Position numbers and translations under genes: made by a program
Assembly: GCA_041178085.1 (NCBI GenBank)
Contig: JBEGVZ010000082.1
Span: 1 to 64,000, forward strand
Source: Pseudomonadota bacterium
GTDB taxonomy: Bacteria > Bdellovibrionota_B > Oligoflexia > Oligoflexales > RGVZ01
Length of the DNA stretch: 64,000 bases
Direction of reading: 5' to 3'
Notes under the pieces: model-generated
Told to the model about the DNA's origin: nothing
Databases searched by the model: none
The model's input: only the letters and a program-made list of their open reading frames with translations
Shown: in pieces, positions 1 to 7,255 of the stretch
Numbering within the stretch: position 1 is the first letter of the stretch
Layout: every line of letters starts with the position of its first letter

Positions 1-1689
1 ATCATGGCCGTGCGCCGCGGCGAGGCAGAGAAGGTCCTGCGCGTCTCGATCGAGGTTGACGAAGGGCAGATCCGTAATGAGATCGAACGTCGCGTGATCG
101 CCAGCGAACCAACCACTCCGGTGGTCAAGGGATGGCTGCAGTCCGTGGTCGAAGATACGTGGAAGCGCCTGCTGTCCCCGTCAATCGAAACGGAGATTCG
201 CCTGATGCTCAAGGCGCGGGCCGAGGAAGATGCCATCAAGGTCTTCTCGAAAAATCTGGAAAACCTTCTGCTCCTGCCGCCGATCCCGAACAAGACCGTC
301 ATGGGTGTGGACCCCGGCTTGCGCACCGGATCCAAATTGGCTGTCGTGTCTGGGACTGGAAAATACCTGGCCTCGACGACGATCTACCCGGATCCGGGTC
401 GTGAGGACTCGCCCAAGTCAAAGGAGGCGCGCCAGGTCCTGGCGGACTTGATCCGCAAGCACAAAGTCGAATGCCTTGCGATTGGCAACGGCACCGGTAG
501 CCGCGAGATCGACAAATTGATCATCACCGTGCTCAAGGAAAACAACTTCAAGGACGTGAAACGCGTCGTCGTGAACGAGGCTGGCGCCAGCGTATATTCG
601 GCTGACGATATCGCGCGCGAGGAGTTTCCTGACCTGGACACCACCATCCGCAGCGCCATCAGCATCGGACGACGCTTGCAGGATCCGCTGGCGGAGCTGG
701 TCAAGATCGACCCGCGCAGCATCGGGGTCGGCCAGTATCAGCATGACGTGAACGTCACCAAGCTAAAAAACAGCCTCGAGGAAGTGGTCGAGAGCTGCGT
801 GAACAAGGTCGGCGTAAACCTGAATACAGCTTCATTCAAGCTGCTCGGTTATGTATCCGGCATCGGCCCTAACCTGGCCAAAACCATTGTTTCCCATCGA
901 GACAAGACCGGTCCATTCCACGCACGCGGCGACTTGCTAAAGGTTGGTGGCTTTGGCCCCAAGGCGTTTGAACAGGCCGCTGGCTTTCTGCGCGTGCCGG
1001 AATCCGGGAACCCACTCGACAATTCCGCTGTCCACCCGGAACGGTACGAAGTGGTGGAGAATGTCGCACGCAGCCTCAACAAATCGGTGACGGAACTGAT
1101 TGGCCAGAAGGCCATCGTCGACTCCATTCCGTGGGACAAATTTGTCACCGACACGGTCGGTATACCCACCCTGCGGGACATCGCCGCCGAGTTGATCAAA
1201 CCAGGACGCGATCCCCGCGAGGACGGATCGCGCCTCATGTACTCCGATGACGTGACGACCATGGATGACCTGCGCCCCGGCATGAAGCTCAAGGGCACCG
1301 TGAGCAACGTCACGAACTTTGGTGCCTTTGTCGACATCGGTGTCCACCAGGACGGGCTGGTGCACATCAGCGAATTGTCAGACCAGTTTGTCACCGATGC
1401 CGCACAAGTGGTGTCGGTTGGTGATGTGATTGAAGTGCGCGTGCTTGAAGTCGACAAGGCGCGCAAGCGGATCAGCCTGAGTTGCAAGACACAGGGCGCG
1501 GCCGGATCGCGCGGCAGCGCCACAAACGGTGGTTCTCAGGCTCGCCCGCAAGGTGCCTCTCAGGGGGGAGCGCAAGCAGCAGGCGCACATGCAAAGGCAG
1601 GTGCGCCGCGCAACGCTCCAGCCAAGCCCAAGGCGCCCGAAAAGTCCTACACGCTCAACGACCTGATGAGCAAATTTGGACGCAAGTAA
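1..1689 (+). CDS. tex: Tex family RNA-binding transcriptional accessory protein (5'-truncated by window edge)
   Basis: YqgF/RNase H-like motif MGVDPGLRTGSKLAVV, VNEAGASVYSA, RRLQDPLAELVKIDPRSIGVGQYQHDV, HhH repeats and C-terminal S1 domain (GTVSNVTNFGAFVDIGVHQDGLVHISEL). Confidence 0.95.
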   Translation: MMAVRRGEAEKVLRVSIEVDEGQIRNEIERRVIASEPTTPVVKGWLQSVVEDTWKRLLSPSIETEIRLMLKARAEEDAIKVFSKNLENLLLLPPIPNKTVMGVDPGLRTGSKLAVVSGTGKYLASTTIYPDPGREDSPKSKEARQVLADLIRKHKVECLAIGNGTGSREIDKLIITVLKENNFKDVKRVVVNEAGASVYSADDIAREEFPDLDTTIRSAISIGRRLQDPLAELVKIDPRSIGVGQYQHDVNVTKLKNSLEEVVESCVNKVGVNLNTASFKLLGYVSGIGPNLAKTIVSHRDKTGPFHARGDLLKVGGFGPKAFEQAAGFLRVPESGNPLDNSAVHPERYEVVENVARSLNKSVTELIGQKAIVDSIPWDKFVTDTVGIPTLRDIAAELIKPGRDPREDGSRLMYSDDVTTMDDLRPGMKLKGTVSNVTNFGAFVDIGVHQDGLVHISELSDQFVTDAAQVVSVGDVIEVRVLEVDKARKRISLSCKTQGAAGSRGSATNGGSQARPQGASQGGAQAAGAHAKAGAPRNAPAKPKAPEKSYTLNDLMSKFGRK

Positions 1690-1690
1690 C

Positions 1691-2590
1691 ATGACGGTAC
1701 TGGGAGTCATCGGCGGGTCAGGTGTTTACGGCATCCGCGGTGCCCGGGTGGTTGCGGAACACTCAGCCACCACCCCGTTCGGCGAACCCAGCGACCGCGT
1801 ATTCGAATTGGCGCTGGAAGCTCCGAACGTTGGAAATACTGCCGGAGGCTCCGCCGCGCCGGCTCCCAACTTTCTATTTTTGCCTCGCCACGGCCTTGGC
1901 CATCGATACTTGCCGTCTGAAATCAACTACCGCGCCAACATCCTGGCATTGAAGCAGCTGGGGGCCACGCACATCCTTGCCGTCAGCGCTGTGGGCATTC
2001 TTGCGGACGGTATCCATCCCGGTGACCTCGTGGTTCCCGATCAGATTTTTGACCGCACCAAGGGCGTGCGAGCCTCGACTTACTTTGGCGATGGGGTGGT
2101 CGGACACGTCTCGTTTGGGACTCCCTTCTGTCCACAGTTCTCCCGCGCAGTTTCGACGGCTGCCGCACACCAGGCAAAGGTTCATGTTGGCGGAACTTAC
2201 GTTTGCATGGAGGGTCCGCAGTTTTCCACCCGTGCGGAGTCTGTGTTTTACCGTGAACAGCTAAAGGCGTCGGTCATTGGCATGACCGCCCTTCCAGAAG
2301 CAAAGCTGGCCCGCGAGGCTGGGCTGCACTATGCCATGATCGCGCTTGCGACTGATTACGACTGCTGGAATCCACACGAAGGTGAGGTCTCCGCCGATGC
2401 CGTCGTCGCGGTGATCAAGGGCAATGCGCAAAAAGCAAATCATGTGATCCTTGAACTTGCGGGTAACATCCGCTCCCTTCAACCTTCTCCGCCATGCCAA
2501 TGTGAAATCGCCGTCGCCCATGCGGTCATGACCGACCCTGCCCGGATCAAACCGGGAATCCGGGCCCGACTGACCGGAATCCTGCCCTGA
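1691..2590 (+). CDS. mtnP: S-methyl-5'-thioadenosine phosphorylase
   Basis: GVIGGSG, FLPRHG, INYRANI, EGPQFSTRAES, VIGMT..PEAKLAREA, ATDYDCW; ATG at 1691 immediately after the tex stop. Confidence 0.9.
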   Translation: MTVLGVIGGSGVYGIRGARVVAEHSATTPFGEPSDRVFELALEAPNVGNTAGGSAAPAPNFLFLPRHGLGHRYLPSEINYRANILALKQLGATHILAVSAVGILADGIHPGDLVVPDQIFDRTKGVRASTYFGDGVVGHVSFGTPFCPQFSRAVSTAAAHQAKVHVGGTYVCMEGPQFSTRAESVFYREQLKASVIGMTALPEAKLAREAGLHYAMIALATDYDCWNPHEGEVSADAVVAVIKGNAQKANHVILELAGNIRSLQPSPPCQCEIAVAHAVMTDPARIKPGIRARLTGILP

Positions 2591-2661
2591 TCCACCTGCG
2601 TAGGGCGGTACAGGATAGGCGAATTATCAAATAAATACAGTGAGTTATCTAAATCATGAGC

Positions 2662-2685
2662 AACCCCCTGGACTCTCCGGGGGTT
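2662..2685 (+). terminator. GC-rich hairpin downstream of mtnP (possible terminator)
   Basis: AACCCCCTGGA-CTC-TCCGGGGGTT inverted repeat (one G-U pair); no clear U-tract. Confidence 0.3.
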
Positions 2686-2772
2686 CCGCCACTCCTCGCG
2701 CCCAGAATCCCTTCAAGTTCTTCCACAAACTCCCGATTCACTTAGGGAAAGTGAACTCGTACCGGAGGTCCC

Positions 2773-3819
2773 GTGGCAATGCGGCCGGTTGATGAAAAGA
2801 GTGAGAAAAAGAGGCGGATGCGTCCGCAGCTTCCTCACCAGGCGGGCGTTACCCTTGTGGAAGTCCTGGTTGCCATTGGCCTTGCAACCACGGTGACCCT
2901 CATCGTTGCACAGATTCTCGTCAACACATTGAAAGTCCAGAAACGCGCGGACTTGCGAACAGACCTGCAAGCCTTCGTTACCCGGATCAACAATGATCTG
3001 GACTGCGGAAAGACGTTCGCTGGAATCACCGATCCGAACAATCCGACCGACGCAAACTGTGCTTACCTGACTTTAAAGTCTTCCAGTGGGCAGAACATCC
3101 TGGCTCCTGATCCCAGCGCAGCCGGCACAGTGTTTGCGGGTTCTGGAGCCATCACCAAAAACTGGTGGGGCATGGCGCGCTGTGACGAAAGCAAACAGTC
3201 CATCGTGATCTATGTTGCGATGAAAGAGCCTGGGACCTGGAACTACGGCAAGGATCCCGTCAAGGCCAACAACGACCCCTCCGACGTCATCCAGCTCCAG
3301 CATTGGAACACAGCGCCAAGTCCAATTTTTGGTGGTACCGGCAAGCCAAAGCTTTGTGAAAGCTACTTCGGATCCACGGCCGGGGTGCGCAACTGCCCGT
3401 CAGCCCCTTATCAACAGTACGTGACCGGCCTGGCTTCAGGTGACAGCGTTACTTGTGCTCCTCTGCCAACACAAAATCCGAGCGTGCAGTGCCCGTCGGG
3501 GCAGGTCGCCGTGAACTACGACATGAAGACAAACAAGCCCAAATGCCGGTCACTGGATACGAACGACCTGTCCTCGATTGCTGGAATACAGAGCTGGCTA
3601 AAACAACAGGTCATTCCCAACTGTTCTGATTCGCAGGTTTATGCGGCAGACACCAGTTCTCCCAATACGATGAAGTGTGTCACCACCTACAAGGCAAAGC
3701 GGTGCACAAACGGGTCAGATTACTTCCCTGCCACATCTGATTCATGCAACGGCATGGCGGGGTACTCACCTGACGGGGGATTGTTTGACTTCTCAGTCCT
3801 TCCAGCCGTCATTCCTTAA
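2773..3819 (+). CDS. Type IV prepilin-like protein with Cys-rich C-terminal region (paralog 1)
   Basis: Class III signal QAG|VTLVEVLVAIGL with Glu at +5 and a hydrophobic helix; many Cys; the start may be ATG 2818. Confidence 0.8.
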   Translation: MAMRPVDEKSEKKRRMRPQLPHQAGVTLVEVLVAIGLATTVTLIVAQILVNTLKVQKRADLRTDLQAFVTRINNDLDCGKTFAGITDPNNPTDANCAYLTLKSSSGQNILAPDPSAAGTVFAGSGAITKNWWGMARCDESKQSIVIYVAMKEPGTWNYGKDPVKANNDPSDVIQLQHWNTAPSPIFGGTGKPKLCESYFGSTAGVRNCPSAPYQQYVTGLASGDSVTCAPLPTQNPSVQCPSGQVAVNYDMKTNKPKCRSLDTNDLSSIAGIQSWLKQQVIPNCSDSQVYAADTSSPNTMKCVTTYKAKRCTNGSDYFPATSDSCNGMAGYSPDGGLFDFSVLPAVIP

Positions 3820-5044
3820 CCGGAATGCAAACCAGCAACTAGGCATGACACTGGTTGAGGTGGTCATGGCCCTGGCGATATTTTCTGCCGTAACGGTCGT
3901 GGTGTCTTCGATCATGGAGACCACCTTCAAAGCTCAAAAACAGGCTGAATTGAAATACGACCTGCAAATGTTCATGCTGCGCCTGAATCAGGATGTTGAT
4001 TGTGCCAAAACCCTCGCTGCCTATTACAACCCCAGCGCAAACGTCTGGCCAACCAACGTGACCTGCGGTGCACTGACACTGAAAGATTCAGACGGCGAAA
4101 ACATTCTGGTTCCGACTGGTTCAGGAGTATTTACCGGCGCCGGACCGATCAGTCGGAGCTGGTGGGGCAAAGCCACATGCGACGAATCACAGCGATCGAT
4201 CCTGGTTTCCGTGGCACTGCGCAAACGCGGCTCGTGGACGGAGTTCGGCAAGAATCCGCTGCGTGACCCCAAGGATGCCAGTGACACGCAGCACTACATG
4301 ACGTGGACAAACAAGATCAACCCGGTCATCGGCGGAACTGGGCAGGTGAAACTTTGTGAGAAATATTTCAATAACACAGCATCTCAAAACACGACCTGTA
4401 GCCCCGGCCAATACGCAACCGGGTACAGTTCCAAGGACCTTCGGTGTGCATACCTGCCTGATCCGCTGAACAATGACTGCGGCACTGGCAAAGTGATGGT
4501 CAACTTCAGCCAGAAATCCAATACGCCCGTTTGCAGGCAGCTGACCACGGGCGATTTGGATGCCAACCCATCCCTCGCTGAATGGATTCGTGGGCAGCTG
4601 ATACCCACCTGCTACACCGGCCAGATTTATGTCGCCAATGCCATGGCGGGTGGTAATACGATGATGTGCGCAGGAACAGCAAGATCGGTGATTTGCGGAA
4701 ATGGCACTGACACGTTCCCTGCCTCGGCGACAACGTCATGCAGCCTGCTAGGCTACACTGGCTCACCTTCGGTCAATTTCGACTTCCGAAACTTGCCCGC
4801 CTTTGCCGCCAGCGCCGCTACCCCGACCCCAACACCATCGCCAACACCAACTCCGACGCCGACGCCGACCCCCGAGCAATACTCTACCGAAGCGGCCTGC
4901 TGTGCAGCATCCAGTGCAGGCTGCACCGTGTGTTACCCATCCAGCCCCGGCCCCCCCGTTTATTATTTGCCAGGGACGGGAGCCAGCTGTGCCGCTGGTT
5001 ACAACGACGGACCTGTTGCCGTTTGCATGCCGGAAGAGATCTGA
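3785..5044 (+). CDS. Type IV prepilin-like protein with Cys-rich region, Pro-Thr linker and terminal Cys-rich module (paralog 2)
   Basis: QLG|MTLVEVVMALAIF class III signal; aligns by eye with the upstream gene; in-frame TTG at 3785 preceded by GGGGGA chosen as start (ORF track begins at 3677). Confidence 0.8.
   Translation: MTSQSFQPSFLNRNANQQLGMTLVEVVMALAIFSAVTVVVSSIMETTFKAQKQAELKYDLQMFMLRLNQDVDCAKTLAAYYNPSANVWPTNVTCGALTLKDSDGENILVPTGSGVFTGAGPISRSWWGKATCDESQRSILVSVALRKRGSWTEFGKNPLRDPKDASDTQHYMTWTNKINPVIGGTGQVKLCEKYFNNTASQNTTCSPGQYATGYSSKDLRCAYLPDPLNNDCGTGKVMVNFSQKSNTPVCRQLTTGDLDANPSLAEWIRGQLIPTCYTGQIYVANAMAGGNTMMCAGTARSVICGNGTDTFPASATTSCSLLGYTGSPSVNFDFRNLPAFAASAATPTPTPSPTPTPTPTPTPEQYSTEAACCAASSAGCTVCYPSSPGPPVYYLPGTGASCAAGYNDGPVAVCMPEEI
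4820..4873 (+). repeat. Pro-Thr linker repeat (TPTPTPSPTPTPTPTPTP) inside the CDS
   Basis: Degenerate hexamer repeats ACN-CCN in frame. Confidence 0.85.
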
Positions 5045-5069
5045 CGGTGACCAGGCAAAATCTACCCAC

Positions 5070-5096
5070 TTAACTATCCAGGGAACCTGCCGATGA
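5070..5096 (+). promoter_or_regulatory. Putative sigma28 (FliA) promoter of the PilZ gene
   Basis: TTAA(5070-5073)-N15-GCCGATGA(5089-5096) versus consensus TAAA-N15-GCCGATAA; GGAGG RBS and ATG 5119 follow. Confidence 0.5.
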
Positions 5097-5118
5097 TTCC
5101 AGAACAGGGAGGTGCGAC

Positions 5119-5574
5119 ATGTCACAGGACCGTGAAATTCGTGGTGCACAAATCAAACCCGCAGCGCCCCGTTATACCGTTGACGAGCAACCGTTGATGG
5201 TTGTTTCCCGGACGTTGGGTTCGCCGGTAGCCTACCAGTTGTCAGGCGCAAATATTTCCAAGTCGGGCGTGCTGTTGGAAACAAGGGGCAAAGGGCGGAT
5301 TCCGTTCAACGTGAACACGTTACTGGAACTGGAGATCGATCCTTCGTCGCACTTGTTGCAGCGACCGATCCAATGTGTCGGCAAAGTCATCAGGCTTGCG
5401 TCTGGAAGGGATGGCCAGCCACAGTTTGGTATCAAGATTGTGCAGATCGACGCCCCGGAGCACGATGTCTGGGACGCATGCTTCCGCCATCTTGAAGAAC
5501 ACGCGCGGCACCTGTTGATCCCAGACAAACGCCTTCTGCAGCTGGAATCAAACGCCGGAGACCGGGCGAATTAG
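5119..5574 (+). CDS. PilZ domain protein
   Basis: KPAAPRY (degenerate RxxxR) and NISKSGVLL (D/NxSxxG); beta-barrel pattern ending GKVIR..FGIKI. Confidence 0.8.
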   Translation: MSQDREIRGAQIKPAAPRYTVDEQPLMVVSRTLGSPVAYQLSGANISKSGVLLETRGKGRIPFNVNTLLELEIDPSSHLLQRPIQCVGKVIRLASGRDGQPQFGIKIVQIDAPEHDVWDACFRHLEEHARHLLIPDKRLLQLESNAGDRAN

Positions 5575-5584
5575 GAAATGATCG

Positions 5585-6280
5585 CTACCAGGTTTGCTGG
5601 GTCGGAGGCAACGTCGCGCGGAATTTTTTGATCTCCGGCTCCAGCGCCTTAAGCACATCGTCGACCGAATCGGCAACCACAATCATGTCGAAGTCACGAC
5701 GGGACATCAGTTCCTGCTGCAGCGGATGATCCGCCAGCCACTTCATCAAGCCTTCCCACATGCCTCCGCCCAGCAAGATCAACGGACGCTGCTTGATGTG
5801 ACCAACCTGCATCAACTGCCATGTGTAGAATAGCTCAAGGCAAGTCCCAATCCCGCCCGGTGTCACGATGACGGCATGAGAAATCCGCATGAATTCATCA
5901 AGTCTGGAAGAAAACCGCCGGTGCTGGTGCTTAACATCAAGGTGTGAGTTGGCATCTGTCTCAAACGGCAGGTCGATTGGCAAACCGATCGAGCGGGACT
6001 TGTTGCTGCCGGCCTTTGCGCCCTTGTTGGCTGCCTCCATCAATCCGGGCCCACCGCCGGTGACGATATCAATTCCTTGGCTGGCAAGCGCGGCGGCAAG
6101 CTCTTCAACCTGGCTGTAAAAAGGACTACCGGGATTGATCCGGGCAGAACCAAAAATACAAACACGAAAGAATTCGGTCTCCATCTCCGTCAACAGCATG
6201 TCGATGTCGGCGATGATGTCGTTGAGCTGCTGGATCTTGCTGTTGAGTACTTTACGGACGCGCTTTTGCTTGATCACCAA
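5585..6280 (-). CDS. LOG family (lysine-decarboxylase-like / nucleotide phosphoribohydrolase) protein
   Basis: VCIFGSAR, VTGGGPGLMEAANKGA, SIGL.I.LPFE, PGGIGTCLE (PGGxGTxxE). Confidence 0.9.
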   Translation of the reverse strand: MVIKQKRVRKVLNSKIQQLNDIIADIDMLLTEMETEFFRVCIFGSARINPGSPFYSQVEELAAALASQGIDIVTGGGPGLMEAANKGAKAGSNKSRSIGLPIDLPFETDANSHLDVKHQHRRFSSRLDEFMRISHAVIVTPGGIGTCLELFYTWQLMQVGHIKQRPLILLGGGMWEGLMKWLADHPLQQELMSRRDFDMIVVADSVDDVLKALEPEIKKFRATLPPTQQTW

Positions 6281-6414
6281 CGTCTCCCGGACGAAATCTT
6301 GGATTCACGAAATCCGATAAATTCCCGCAAATTTACCTCATTTTAACCGTAATTCCGCAAATTTGGCCATGAATTTCAGCCGCCAACCCCCTCATTAATC
6401 ACGAAAATCGGCCG

Positions 6415-7254
6415 ATGACCCCCATTGAGATCACCACGGCAGAGGCCCAGGACCATCACCAAGCCGATGAAAGAGTCATGTTGCCGGCAATTCTGAAATC
6501 ACTCACCTTCCCACGACTGACCGCACTCCTGATTGCGGTCACCTCGGGTATCTTTGACGCCCAGGGGCAAACCATGCAGGGCGACCTTAAAAACCTGCCG
6601 CGAAGCAGCGACGTTACGCTGGGCTTGTCGATCATGGGCACAATTGTGAAGGGCGCCACAGGCGCAGGCGTCGCGCTGATCAAGGAAGCCGCCACAGGAA
6701 CGGTTAAAGCAGTCAAGGCCGGCAACCAGATCCTTGGTAAGGCATATCTGGTCAAGGAGGTGCACGGCAAATACATCGTCGTAACCAAACTGGACGGCAG
6801 CCGCCTGCTCATTTTCCAGGACAAATTCTCACGCGAATTCAGTGGCAACCAGATTGCAGCCGACCCCGCCCCGCGGACCAGCCAGGCTGGCAATGACGTG
6901 TACCGTGAAGAGGGTTTTGAGCGAATCAAGGATCAGGTCAAGATCTCGGCCACTTATCGCGACCGCCTCATCAACCAGGACCTGGCAAAGATCCTGATGC
7001 AGGCAACGGCAGAGCCTGCGACCGAAAACGGCATCATCGTCGGATTCAAGTTTTCCCAGATCGACCCGGAAAGCATCTACGCCAAGAGCGGACTGCGAGA
7101 CGAAGACGTAGTCACCGGGATCAACGGGCAAAAGCTAAACAGTGTCGGCGAGGCCGTGACGTTGCTGAAATCCCTGCGTCAGGCCGACCAGGTTGAAATC
7201 GAGCTCAAGCGCGGGGGATCGCCAGCCCGGATACAGATTGACGTCAAACCGTGA
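6415..7254 (+). CDS. GspC-like protein with C-terminal PDZ domain
   Basis: N-terminal hydrophobic segment; HR-like region (LSIMGTIV..GVALIK..VKAG); PDZ (GFKFSQIDPESIYAKSGLRDEDVVTGING); start may be 6478. Confidence 0.65.
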   Translation: MTPIEITTAEAQDHHQADERVMLPAILKSLTFPRLTALLIAVTSGIFDAQGQTMQGDLKNLPRSSDVTLGLSIMGTIVKGATGAGVALIKEAATGTVKAVKAGNQILGKAYLVKEVHGKYIVVTKLDGSRLLIFQDKFSREFSGNQIAADPAPRTSQAGNDVYREEGFERIKDQVKISATYRDRLINQDLAKILMQATAEPATENGIIVGFKFSQIDPESIYAKSGLRDEDVVTGINGQKLNSVGEAVTLLKSLRQADQVEIELKRGGSPARIQIDVKP

Positions 7255-7255
7255 C

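Noticed and set aside
4820..4873. Short repeat as a CRISPR or phase-variation tract
   Set aside because: In-frame, codon-degenerate Pro-Thr linker; no spacers and no perfect simple-sequence repeat
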